The notes: generated by a model from the letters alone, not told the origin. 64,000 nucleotides of DNA from Histomonas meleagridis 2922-C6/04-290x (GCA_020184695.1 JAANOX010000207.1:124001-188000); one strand, 5' to 3'; shown: positions 34,036-45,958, counted from the first letter of the stretch. Program-made: numbers and translations.

Positions 34036-34739
34036 TAAATATTTATTAATAAATATGCGAAAAAAAAAAATAATAAAAATTTTCATGTGTTATATTTGCT
34101 TGTTTTATTAAGAATGTAAAAATAATTATATTGATTGAAATGCTTAGTGAATTGTAAGTATTCCAATGAATAGTGAAATTATGAAACTATTTAATATATA
34201 ATATAACATTCTTTTCACTTAAGGTATCAATTACATTTACATCATTTTAAATTAGTCAGTTTTATTTAGTAATGAAATGATTTTTCTTGGTAAATATACA
34301 TAAAACTTTAGACAACAAAAATTAATTAACAAGAATATTAGTAAATATGTAATTCTATTTTGATCTCCAAGTTGATGAACCAAGAAAATTTTAAATAAAA
34401 CATTGTACAGGATCAACATTATTGATACTACTCTGTATAATATTTATGGTTTAAAATAATTATAATCGAATATAATTATATTTATGAGAATATTAATAAA
34501 TTTTATTGTGATGATGTATCATCACACAATTATTAAGTTTCCTCATGAAAAAAATGAATTTGTTGATGATTTGTGTAATATTGATTCAACCACTTAATTT
34601 ATTGAACAAATATTTGAAGATATAAGCATTCCATTAGGAATAAATTTTAACTTGTTTTGAACTTTAGTAGTGAAACTCAATTCAAATCCAATCAATTTAA
34701 CGCATATTTATATGCAGAAATATAACAAAACTTAAAAAA

Positions 34740-35140
34740 AATAATTTGGAACTTCATAAGAAATATATTAAAGAAGGAGTTAATCCATCAAAGTTAGAAA
34801 ACATAATTCAAAATGATAAAGTAGAAAAACTTCAAAAAATTACATCAGAAACAAATTATAATTTATTTAATAATTTTCGATTTTAAAATAATAGTTGGAA
34901 ATTATTTTATACACCATTAATTTTAGCATCTTTGAATGGTCAATATTATCTAATTTAAAATATATTTTAATAATTTCATATTTTAAAATAATATTTGGAA
35001 TTTATTTTAATTATTTTATACAGCACTTATGAAAGCTTCTGTAAATGCTCACATCGAAATTGGTAAATTACTTCTTGAACAAGAAAGAATTGATATATCT
35101 GAGTGTAATATTTGTTTATATTATTTAAATTTTGATATAA
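34740..35140 (+). pseudogene. Internally deleted DUF3447-ankyrin remnant with spacer and module
   Basis: ELHKKYIKEGVNP..KLQKI then spacer sequence and an intact 90-nt module TALMKASVNAHIEIGKLLLEQERIDISECN (35020-35109). Confidence 0.75.
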
Positions 35141-35400
35141 ATGGGCGAAATTTAAAAATCTGATTTTTTAAATCGCATAAAATTTCAAACACTATCTTAA
35201 AAAGTAATGCCTAATTGGTTGTTTGTAAATCACCATATTTATGTATTTCAATTGAAATGAAATTAGATGGAATATATTATATATATTTAAAATAAACATA
35301 ATAAGTGCTTTTAATGTGCATGTAACCTGTAGGTTTTAAAGATAAGTCGTTTGATAATGGATTTTTTTAGTCCGTTCTGAAATGTCAAACGGTTAAATTA

Positions 35401-35967
35401 ATGCTGATTTTTTGGTGCTTGTTAATTCTTTCTATAATTATATTAATATATATGTTTTATTTCATAGCACTTTGTAGAAAAGAAATAGCTTGCGGATATT
35501 TTGAACAACAAAAAGTTGTATACAGAATTGTTTATGGAAATAAAGAAATTCTTCAAAAAGAACAAAGTCTTTATACGAAAAGAGCTAAAAGCTTATGGGG
35601 AGAAAAGAAAAATAAATGGCCTACATTTCGCATTACTTTTCCAAACAATTCCAATTATTATATTTTCGGAATCGTTGTTCCAAACTCATTTGAACTAGAC
35701 CAGGATTGCCTCCAGGAACTAGGATTTAAACTAGGGATTTTACCAGAGCTCAAAGATTCTATTAGTTTTAGGACATTTTTATTAGGATTTAAGCCATCAA
35801 AATTTTATTCCTATTTTGCTAAATTTAAGTTTAATCGGTTCTACAAAAAGCATACGACTTTTGATCGTAGTGCGCCATTTGCAGAATTTAGAGATTGGAA
35901 AAGCCATAGGTTGACATTTGTAGTGCCAATAGGCATCTGTACAGGTCTTTGGGTGTGTCCCGTTTAA
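35401..35967 (+). CDS. N-terminal TM plus GyrI-like domain protein (TEX264-like)
   Basis: Hydrophobic N-terminal anchor then an alpha/beta domain ending ..PFAEF....LTFVVPI; family assignment by resemblance only. Confidence 0.5.
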   Translation: MLIFWCLLILSIIILIYMFYFIALCRKEIACGYFEQQKVVYRIVYGNKEILQKEQSLYTKRAKSLWGEKKNKWPTFRITFPNNSNYYIFGIVVPNSFELDQDCLQELGFKLGILPELKDSISFRTFLLGFKPSKFYSYFAKFKFNRFYKKHTTFDRSAPFAEFRDWKSHRLTFVVPIGICTGLWVCPV

Positions 35968-36241
35968 TGCAATATCTGCAAAATGTTAAATGTAAATATG
36001 TTTTTATGTATGTGTTAAACATTTTCTTTTTTTATATATTGTAAAAAAAAAGATACTTAAGGCACAAGAAATTTATTGTATGCATTGGGTTTTCTTTTCT
36101 TTTTATTTTTTTATTTATTTTTTTTTTTTTAATTTGATAAAATGTCATTTTTCTCCCTTGATTATTCTATCAATAAAACCTATCGTCACGAAATTTATGT
36201 TACATTTACAAAAAATATCTAAAATATAACATGTATTCGAT

Positions 36242-36736
36242 TTATTCTGGTTGAACTGGTTTGAGGTGATTAACAATTGTTTGTAAAACATTAGCAAACT
36301 CTTTAGAAACACTGTTTTCTGCATGTTCTTCGAAATTTTCTTCCGTTGAGTTTTGGATATCGTCGTTTGCCGCACACATTACTGTTTTTATTGCTTGGTT
36401 AATAACATCAGTTGTGAGCAATTTCGACAACTTTGTTTCTCTTGGTTCTGAATGAAAAGGTTCTGAATCAACTGAAGCATTTAACATTGCGAAGTTAAAA
36501 ATGGAATCAAATTCTTCTTGGTTTAATGTATCTTGTCCGGTAAATGCTAGTGGATTCTGAACTAATATCTTTTCAATAACTGCAAGTCTTTCTGATTCAA
36601 ATTCCGCACGATTTTTACATCCTTGACATGTACATGAACTATCACAGTATTTACCACGTTTAAATGATGGACAATCAAGGGTCAAGCAATTACCGGTTGT
36701 ACAGCTACATTTTGTTTCCTCCTTTGCCAGTTGCAT
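36242..36736 (-). CDS. Single CRC/CXC (tesmin/LIN54/TSO1-like) domain protein
   Basis: CSC-x4-C-x4-CPS-x6-C-x3-CTC-x2-C followed by ER..IEKIL.QNPLAF, matching CRC plus the RNPxAF linker. Confidence 0.8.
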   Translation of the reverse strand: MQLAKEETKCSCTTGNCLTLDCPSFKRGKYCDSSCTCQGCKNRAEFESERLAVIEKILVQNPLAFTGQDTLNQEEFDSIFNFAMLNASVDSEPFHSEPRETKLSKLLTTDVINQAIKTVMCAANDDIQNSTEENFEEHAENSVSKEFANVLQTIVNHLKPVQPE

Positions 36737-37089
36737 TGCCCTTAGCTTATATAAACCGATCTTTCAGTTATTTTTAAACGTGCGCAAATGAAATTTCCCG
36801 CCGAAAAATTGTAATTCAATTTTATACAAAAGTCACTTTTTGTATGCTGAACGATTATTTTTTAGTTGTTTGAAAGATAAAATTGATTAACAAATGATTA
36901 TTATATGACAATATTTAATAGCAAAGAAATTCACTTGTGAAAGGTAGCAATTGGTGAATTAAGCTATAATCCACAGAAATTGATCAGAAATGCAATGAAT
37001 GTTTGAGACCGAAATAAACTTCAGAGTGTCCTTTTTTGAAGTGGTTCCGACCAATTATTCTCACAAAAAATAGAGAATTTAACTTAACG

Positions 37090-37620
37090 TTCATTCTTTT
37101 TTATTGACTTTGGAGAGCTATTAGGAAAATATTTCATTAATTTATTGAGATCATTGACAAAGCTACTGTTTAAGTCTTTAAGCTTTTTTATTCTTTCTTT
37201 GTCTTAGCACAATATTTTCTTCCAGATTGATCCATTTCTTGTCTTCCTCATATATGAGATTGAGAAAATGGATTCAGCAGAATGTCCTACGTGCTGCACA
37301 CAGCATCAATATATTTATTATGTACTTTTCCAGAAATTCCTAATTTCGTTCTTGAAAGCTTCAAAAAGTGGATCCTTCACAATGAAGTAGATAAACTTCA
37401 CAATTGTAGCATAATAAACTACTCAAATTTTCTTCATAAAAAGTGCCATCAGGCAGTAATTTATCCAAAATTAGTTATCCTGTGTTTGAACACTGTTTTT
37501 TTTTTACTGTCCCCCTGTAACCTAACAAAGTTAACCCTTTTAATTGCATTAATAATCTACATATATAATCATGGTTTCTTGCTTTCAGTCTTAGTGCACT
37601 GGGGGATGCATATTTCGTTT
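37090..37620 (-). pseudogene. Degenerate coding-like segment of unknown origin
   Basis: One minus-strand frame reads as protein-like text (LILDKLLPDGTFYEENL..EFLEKYIINILMLCAARRTF..) with scattered stops. Confidence 0.3.
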
Positions 37621-38785
37621 ATAACAAAAAACACATTATTTAAATTAAGGTTAAAATTTTTCCTTTTTTTCTTCTTTATTTTAGAATATGATTCTTATGG
37701 TGATATGGTTGAATTAATATCATAGTTTTATTGAGATTCTTCGCTGAGTTTTGTGTGAATATGCGAGTAAGACATATTTTCTTTCACCAACGATTATTTA
37801 TTATCCAAAAAGTTTATAACCGTAGAATAATAATAATATTATTATTAATATGTATAAAAATGATGAAATAATTTTTTGATCAAATTTCAAAATACCCAAT
37901 TTATATAAATAAAAGCCATATATTTGAATAATCCGAATCTAGCTAAATAATTTTTATCATAAATTTTTTTTAGTGTGCGTACACTTAAAAAATAAAATAA
38001 TTCAAATTTTCTGAAGAGACATCTCCAAGAGTTGGAACCACTCTACTTGAGGCTTAAGAGTGGCTTAAGGCAGAACAGATTCCAAAAAATCTTTTTATTA
38101 GGTCTTTTCTAAAATTAAAAAACATTTTCAATAATCTTAATTTTGGCAATAAATTATTTCACATGGGCTTAAAGACAAGCTGTTTTATGTCATTAATGAA
38201 CTTCCTTATTAAAAGTGTATGACCATATTAAATTGTTTGTAATCTCATAAAAAATCAAACAAAATTTTTTAAAAAAATACTTTGAATAATCAAAGTATGA
38301 TTATTTTCATGATTGTAAAAAGAATTTTTTAGTGTTTTTATTTAGGGCAAAAATAGATCAATATGGGCAGAGTGTCACTTTTAGAACAGGACAAGATTTA
38401 AAACTAAAAAAGAACGTTTACCCAAGATTGAATTCAAAAGAAGACCGTTTGCCCAGCACCATGAAAACAAAAATTAACCGTTGAAGAAATTTAATATTCA
38501 ACGAGGTTTAATCGTCATTGATAAACAATTCAAAAAAAGCTATCAATCATTTTTTTTTTGGAATCACAACAAAAATCCCAGAAAAATAAAATGAATTTTT
38601 AACGCTTTAGGGTTTCAAGGAGTTTGAGCATTTTTTCTAATGTTTACATATAAAAAATATGTGCCTCTTTGGGCAGAGATCTGCCCAAGATGAAAACCCT
38701 AATTTTTATGAAACATATTATGCTTAGTGAAACTATTTCATGTTTTACTGAAAATGAAGTCTCCTTAATTAAGCTAAAAGTGCCT

Positions 38786-40609
38786 TTAACTTGCTTTGAA
38801 ATTGTGATGATTTTCTAAAAGTAATTTTATGACTCCTATATTATTATTTTCGACTGCTATATGAAGTGCTGTTTTAAATTATTAAAACATATTATAAATT
38901 ATTAAAACATATTCCAAATTATTCAAATGAATATTTTTTGCATTAACATCAATTCCTTCTTTATCTAAAAGTAATTTTACTATTTCTATATTATTATTTT
39001 TAACTGCTATATGAAGTGCTGTTTCAAATTATTAAAACATATTTTAAATTATTAAAACATATTCCAAATTATTAAAACATATTTTAAATTATTAAAACAT
39101 ATTCCAAATTATTCAAATGAATAGTTTTTGCATTAACATTAATTCCTTCTTTATCTAAAAGTAATTTTACTATTTCTATATTATTATTTTTAACTGCGAT
39201 ATGAAGTGCTGTTTAAAATTATTAAAACATATTTTAAATTATTAAAACATATATAAAATTATTAAAACAAATTAAAAATTATTAAAACATATTCCAAATT
39301 ATTCAAATGAATAGTTTTTGCATTAACATCAATTCCTTCTTTATCTAAAAGTAATTTTACTATTTCTATATTATTATTTTTAACTGCTATATGAAGTGCT
39401 GTTTCAAATTATTAAAACATATTTCAAATTATTAAAACATATTTTAAATTATTCATATGAATATTTTTTGCATTAACATCAATTCCTTTATTTAAAAGTA
39501 ATTTTACTATTTCTATATTTCCTGATTCAACTGAATGGAATAAAATTGTATTTGGGATTTGTTGATTTTCTATTATTCTTTCCATTAGAAATGTATTTCC
39601 ATTTCTTGCAATTTCCTTGATGATATAATCGGTTATTTCCGTTGTTTCTTGTTCTAAAAATGAAAAAATTATATAATTATTAAATATTAAACAAATTTTT
39701 TTAAAATATGCAATGTCTTTTTCAGATTTACCGCAATTTAAATTAGGCGATTGTTTATTGGATTTTGTTATAATTTCTCCATTTTTCTTTTCATAAATGT
39801 ATTTAAATATATCATTTCGTTGGAATTCAATTGCTGCTTCATATGCTTCTTCAAATGATGAATGATTTTGTTCACATAAATGAATGATTTCTATATTTCC
39901 ACCTGCAATTGCATATTTACCTGTGTTATTTACATTTGAATTATTCATAAGTAAATATTTAAAACATTTAATAGATCCAAAAAATGCTGCATAATCAATT
40001 AATGATACATTTTCTGCATTAATAAATGAACATCTTTCATAAAGTGATGGTTCAATTATTTGATTAAAATCGAAATTTGTTTGTGATGATATTTCTTGAA
40101 GTTTTTCTACTTCATCGTTTCTAATTATCTTCGCAATTTCATTTGGATTAACACTTTCTTTGATTAATTTCTTGTTAATTTGGATTATGTCCTTCTTCAT
40201 TTAAATTCTTCAGGTTAGAAAAATCATTATTTATAACCAATTCACAATTTTTCTTATTGTATTTTACAGGATCTATTTCGAATAATCCTTGTTCGATTAT
40301 CTTTTGAATAAGAAAATATGATTCTTGTGTTTTCATTTGCAATAAATGTTGATTAAATACATGAATTAGGCTTGTTGTATTTTTATTAGTTTTTTCTTCT
40401 TCCAAATTTAACATCAATAAATATTTAAAGATTGGGAAATTAACTTTTACTCGGGAAACAAATGCTGAATATATTAACCTAGAAACAAGAAGGTTAAACG
40501 TGTATGGTCGATTGTAAGTAAATAATTCTATTGTTGATTGAATTGACGATTTAATATTTTCTTCGTTGAGATTAAGGATGATTGATTGCAATGATTTTGA
40601 CACCTCCAT
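38786..40609 (-). CDS. DUF3447-ankyrin gene with four spacer-separated ankyrin modules (frameshift near 40190)
   Basis: ORFs 40609-40175 and 40200-39424; modules 39313-39402, 39123-39212, 38933-39022 (90 nt each) and terminal module 38786-38872 ending TAA. Confidence 0.7.
38873..39462 (-). repeat. Spacers built of tandem 20-nt units alternating with near-identical ankyrin modules
   Basis: Unit NNAATATGTTTTAATAATTT; spacers 39403-39462 (60), 39213-39312 (100), 39023-39122 (100), 38873-38932 (60). Confidence 0.95.
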
Positions 40610-41102
40610 AAAAATGAAAATCCTGCCACTTTTTTCAAATGTAACTAACGATACCGATTGAATTCATTCAAAAAGTGTACAGTTTGAACGTCTTTTTTAA
40701 GTTTTCAAATCCGAGGCCACAAGAAACAAATGATTTACTCACAGATTCATATTTTAAAATATTTTAAAGCAGTCGAATGCAAAAACAAGATTATTTGTTG
40801 ATTGAATTCACCATAATACCTACAAAACATTTTTTTTTTGATTATTTTAACTTATTCAATCTCCTCTTCGACCGTTCCAAAAGGATCTTCGAGCTGTCGA
40901 TCAATCAGCTTCACGATTAAAGGCTATAATTCCTTCCCTGGTTTGACTTTGCAAATGTACACTTCCCATAGATCTTTGAGTTGTTCCATCGACATTTCGA
41001 ATCCAATCAATTCTTTTCAAGTTATTAATCAGATTTTATTATTTCTTTCATAAAATTCTTTTTTTTATAAACACAGCGTAAGATATAAACACAAAAGATT
41101 GT

Positions 41103-43478
41103 TTATTTTAAAAACAATAAATCCATTGCATTTTGTGCTATTGGTTGATTTTTCCTATTCATACAACCAATCAATTGGTTATATTGCACGTTTGCCTTTT
41201 TGATACCTTTTTCCAATACTTTTAATATTTTATTTTGTATAGTTCCAATGAAGCCGAATGATTTTCTTCTTTGTTTCGAATTCCCGATTTCGTCTTCTTT
41301 TGCGATTTTTTCGACCATTTTTGCGAATTCGAAGAATGATATTGGGTTAAATCTTTTATACACTTCGATCATTTTACCATTTGACTTATGTAATTTCACC
41401 AATTCGAAGAACTTCTTTGGATAACCAATTGCAGCGCATGTGAATACTTTCCAAACCGAATGAACTATTTCTTCATTGTTATCATTTAAATATTTATTTA
41501 AAGGTTCGATTAATGGTACTAAGTTCAAAACATTCTTCAAAGAAGTTTTATACTTTAGAAGTGACGCGAAAGATATTAATACATTTGGATCAATGTTACC
41601 TAACGATATTTCATTTGCAGTGTTTAATATCATTTGATGAATATGACGTTCGACTTCGGGGTTTTCGATTTGATATTTCTTGACGAATTTGGAGATATAT
41701 GGTAACAATGAAATGAAATTATTCTGTAATGAAAACATATAAAATGGTGATAACCAACTAAAGTCTTCTAATCGTTCTGCTTGGAAATATTTTAATAATG
41801 TTTTAATGAATGCTATGAAGTTCGGATTAAATGTACTAAACTTTGGTGACTTAGCAAAAAATGTGAATTCTTCTAAAAACCAAATGTTCATTGACTTGGA
41901 ATTATAAATGATATAAACTAAAGCATTAAAATGTGTCGGCGATTTGGAACTTAAAATGTTTAAATATCGAAACATGTCTTGATTACAACATGATAATAAT
42001 CGCTTAATATATGGACATGGAATAACTAAAAGTAATCGAAATAATGACGATGCTAAGTCAGTGGTGTTCGATTCTAATAACATTAATGAGATGTTCTTAT
42101 CAAACCCTTTTAAATAATCCCATAACTCTCCTTGTGTTGATGCTAAATAACACCCAATGTTAGAAGAGATTTGTAAACATGAAATAAATGTCTTAGCAAT
42201 GATAGTTAAGTAATGATGATGTAAAAGGATCTTTTGGAATTCATTTAAATCTTTGGCATGTTCTGATGAACTAAAATTCGAGGGCTTAACTACAACATAT
42301 GAATTATGTGTATACATCGATACAATGACTGTAATGTAATAAAACATTCGTAAGTTATTTGATAATATTGTCATGAATTCTTTAGTGGATGTTAATAATA
42401 AGTTCTCGACAACAAGAAAACATTGATAATTTAAATAGGGGGAACGTGACACAAATACATTTTCTAAATAAATAACAAACTCTGGATTACCTGGATCAAA
42501 ATCAATAAATATTTTATCAGGAATATTAAACGCTTGTTTGGTCTTCATAATGATATCAAAGTTATTGATTGGATCTTCACTACCATAATCACATAAGTCT
42601 TGGATTACGTCAGTTGGTGTTTGAGTGAGATGATCAAATGTAACTTTTTCATTAAATTTAAAAACAGGCCCATAATTAGGCTCTTTGTTGGATTCATTGT
42701 CATTGTCAATTAATGCTTTAAGTTGATCAATTGAGGAAGGACATGAATTATTTTGTCCAAAAAGTGCTGTTTGATCGTTTGCGGGTTTGAATGGTTTATG
42801 CGGTTTTAACGTTGGCGGATTAAACGGTTTCGAGGGCTTAACGGGCTGTGGCTGTATAAATTCTTTCATAGAGTCAGGATGATTAGGAAGATGATTGGAT
42901 GATGTACTTACCGAATTATACCACGTTAAGCTTGATTGCTTAAAGTCTTCAAACTTGTCATAACATTCTGGGACTGGCGGATGTGTTATCAATTGTGAAT
43001 TCCACTTCGGATTTGGATCAATTATGGTACTAATGGGTGCTTCAAAACGACCTCCTAATAATGCAGGAAGAGATGCTTTTGATACAAAACGTGTGCCTGA
43101 GATACAAACATCAGTTAAATAAGAAAGATTTTCTGGTGGCACATTAACACGTGCTTTATATTCAGGAATTTTCACTAACAGTGGAGGGTTTGGTGGTTTA
43201 TATAGTAGAGCTGAAACTGGGATTGGTAGAAGTGAATGTTTGTATAAATTTGAAGAAGAATTTTCATAGACAACAAATGCAAGCGTATATTTTTCATATG
43301 AAATAAAAAATCTTGGATTTGGGATTTTAATTCCTTTAATTGGAGTTTTCGATGTTCTGTGATAAAATTGATTCATATAATATCCGTTTGTTCCTACAAT
43401 CATTTGTTGGTGACTATTTTTATCATTAATTGCTTCATCTATTTTCGTGTCAGCAATGTCAAATCCCTGGATAAACAT
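41103..43478 (-). CDS. Large hypothetical protein (Pro-rich N-terminal part, helical-repeat-like C-terminal part)
   Basis: About 790-codon open frame; first ATG 43478; no family recognised. Confidence 0.8.
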   Translation of the reverse strand: MFIQGFDIADTKIDEAINDKNSHQQMIVGTNGYYMNQFYHRTSKTPIKGIKIPNPRFFISYEKYTLAFVVYENSSSNLYKHSLLPIPVSALLYKPPNPPLLVKIPEYKARVNVPPENLSYLTDVCISGTRFVSKASLPALLGGRFEAPISTIIDPNPKWNSQLITHPPVPECYDKFEDFKQSSLTWYNSVSTSSNHLPNHPDSMKEFIQPQPVKPSKPFNPPTLKPHKPFKPANDQTALFGQNNSCPSSIDQLKALIDNDNESNKEPNYGPVFKFNEKVTFDHLTQTPTDVIQDLCDYGSEDPINNFDIIMKTKQAFNIPDKIFIDFDPGNPEFVIYLENVFVSRSPYLNYQCFLVVENLLLTSTKEFMTILSNNLRMFYYITVIVSMYTHNSYVVVKPSNFSSSEHAKDLNEFQKILLHHHYLTIIAKTFISCLQISSNIGCYLASTQGELWDYLKGFDKNISLMLLESNTTDLASSLFRLLLVIPCPYIKRLLSCCNQDMFRYLNILSSKSPTHFNALVYIIYNSKSMNIWFLEEFTFFAKSPKFSTFNPNFIAFIKTLLKYFQAERLEDFSWLSPFYMFSLQNNFISLLPYISKFVKKYQIENPEVERHIHQMILNTANEISLGNIDPNVLISFASLLKYKTSLKNVLNLVPLIEPLNKYLNDNNEEIVHSVWKVFTCAAIGYPKKFFELVKLHKSNGKMIEVYKRFNPISFFEFAKMVEKIAKEDEIGNSKQRRKSFGFIGTIQNKILKVLEKGIKKANVQYNQLIGCMNRKNQPIAQNAMDLLFLK

Positions 43479-43815
43479 TTTTTCTGCTTCAAACAAGCCC
43501 AGTAAAATAAAAAGATTAATTTGTCAAACCGTCACCTTGTGGAAAAGGTGAAATGAAAAAATTCAAACTACAGTCGTGGTCTATCTACAGTTCTTCTAAA
43601 ATGACTTTTAACGAATCAATCTTAAAGCATTTTAGCAGATTTTATTAACAAACGATGCCTTTCTTTATAAGTGAAGTTTCAATCTTAAATTATCTCAAAC
43701 GTCAACCTCCCTAAAATAAAATAAAAAAATAAAACAATAAAAAATAATGAACATTGCATAAGGAAAATAATGATTTTCTTATGTTGGAAAAAACCAAAAA
43801 TATGAAATTGACTTT

Positions 43816-44295
43816 TTACTCATTTGGAATTGAAATTTCACCAGAAGTGATCTTCTTTTGGATTGCTTTGGCGTTCTGTCCTTCACATTGTGCACCCATG
43901 GCTTGACATGTGCCAAGAACTTCTTTAACTGTTCCTGCAAGTGTCTTTGACATTGATTTATGCCTCATTTGACGAGCAATGTCTATGACATTATCAAGTG
44001 TAAGGCTTCCTGTGTGTTTAACATTCTTTGTCTTCTTACGATCACGATGTGGTTCTTGAAGAGCATGGATGATAAGAGTAGATGTAGATGGAACAACAGA
44101 GATTGTTGCTTGACGATCTACAATTGTGATTTGAACTGTGCAACGATATCCCTTGTATTCTTCTGTGGCTTTTGCAACTTGTTGACCAACTTGACCAGAG
44201 TTAACACCAAGTGGACCTAGACGTGGAGCAAGCTTTGCTGTGACACCAGATTCACCGCCCCAAACACGAACGCGAATGACAACTTCTTGTGACAT
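43816..44295 (-). CDS. RPL12: 60S ribosomal protein L12 (uL11)
   Basis: LAPRLGPLG, VVPSTSTLII.AL.EP.RDRKK.KNVKH.G, LAGTVKEVLGTC. Confidence 0.97.
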   Translation of the reverse strand: MSQEVVIRVRVWGGESGVTAKLAPRLGPLGVNSGQVGQQVAKATEEYKGYRCTVQITIVDRQATISVVPSTSTLIIHALQEPHRDRKKTKNVKHTGSLTLDNVIDIARQMRHKSMSKTLAGTVKEVLGTCQAMGAQCEGQNAKAIQKKITSGEISIPNE

Positions 44296-44305
44296 CCGAT
44301 TTCAG

Positions 44306-44346
44306 AAAGGCAAGACCACACGGTTTGAAACAAGAAATAAACGGTT
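44306..44346 (-). promoter_or_regulatory. M5 (CCTTT) and M3-like core promoter motifs of RPL12
   Basis: CCTTT at 44306-44310, 10 nt upstream of the ATG; AACCGTTT at 44339-44346. Both motif types are described for Trichomonas ribosomal-protein promoters. Confidence 0.6.
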
Positions 44347-44555
44347 TCGGGTACCTTGTTTTTTTATGATGGAAAGAGAAACCATTTTATGTGAATCTTG
44401 AATAGTTATATATCAATAACAAATTATTACTTCTTGAACAAAATGGAATTGTCATTAATTCCAAAAAAATAAATATAAAACAAAAAAATATTTTAAATTA
44501 CATATATGAAATTTTACTTAATAATTTAATAATTTCTAAAAATAATATTTGGAAA

Positions 44556-45958
44556 TTGGTTACACAACTTTTATGTGTAGGTATTTCATGGGGCCAAATC
44601 ATGACTAATCGAATTCAAAAACATTTAAATAATGGAGGAATTTCAAGTTGGTTCGAAACTACTAATCATCCAACTTATGAATGGAATCCTAATAATGAAA
44701 GTGAGAAATATTATGTCGGATTACAAACTCGAGAAGATACAATGAAATATGTAACAACTACTGCAATGTTATCTTATGCTTTTAATAAATGTAATACGAA
44801 TAATTGTAAAGAACATATGAATAAATGGGGAAATAGTTCAATTTGGGCTTGGAACTTTGCTATTAATGAATCGAATAAATGTATATATCGATTTAAATAT
44901 AATAATAAAAATTTGATATATAAAGAGCCTGATTTAAGTGATCGATTAATATCGAGAGCTGCTTTAGCATTATATGGATTAACAAAAGATGAAAAATATA
45001 AAAAATATTTATTTAAAGATTTATCTTCTACGAATTATAATGATAAATATTCCGATGGAATAATAGAAATCATTTCTAAATTAAGAGATAACACTGCATT
45101 TGATTGTTATCCATTTATAACTATTTTAAATGAGGATTCTGATTTCGATATGCACTTAATCGATTACGTAATGAATTAAAACATTCGATAAGTTTAGTTA
45201 ATGATTATCAATTAGAAGGTGATCAATATATATATCGTAATGCTTATTTTTATCCACGAAATCATCCTTATTATCAATCATTAAGTTGGGGTAATTTCAT
45301 TGGCGGACCACAAATTATGTATTTAACAATGGGAATATTATTAGATAATGAAAATAAAGATTTATATTATCAACTTTTATCTTATTTTTATGACTTTCAT
45401 AATGGTTGTAATCATTATGGTAAAACTTTTACAACTGGTTTAGGTGTAATTTATCCTTTAAAAGTTTTAAGTCATCCAATTTGGTGGTTACAAAATAAAA
45501 AAAATATTTTCGACCCAATTCCTGGAATTACACAATTTACTTTCACCGGTACGATAGAATATGATTCTTGTTTTAGATTATTCGCTTTGTTCTTCGAGCA
45601 AAATAAAGATTACGATTTCCCCGGTTGTAATTTAATCTTAAATCCTTTGTTCGATAATATGACTAATAAAAATGATTTTAATTCGACGTCTAAAATTAGA
45701 AATTATTTGTTGGAAAATATCCCGTTTTGGCATAGAAATACAAATTTGGAAGGTTACACTGTGGATTCAAGCGAATTTACAGTGTGGGAAACTATTGTGA
45801 AAATGGTGTTGACTTCGGGTTTGTTGTTCGGTAACGACGAAGGAAAAGAAATGTGTAATAATGAATTGGATTGTAAAAGTATTTTCCCAACTGAAGAAAT
45901 ATTAAATATGGAACCCAAAAATTATAAAGATTTGCTGGGAAGATGGGCAATGCCATAA
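44556..45958 (+). pseudogene. 5'-truncated, frameshifted glycoside hydrolase family 9-like fragment
   Basis: GKTFTTGLG..YP..VLSHP and SSEFTVWETI resemble the GH9 C-terminal catalytic region; one frameshift near 45170; no ATG start or N-terminal half. Confidence 0.6.

Noticed and set aside
37282-37725. 147-aa plus-strand ORF
   Set aside because: Composition is not protein-like; the opposite strand looks more like a decayed coding sequence
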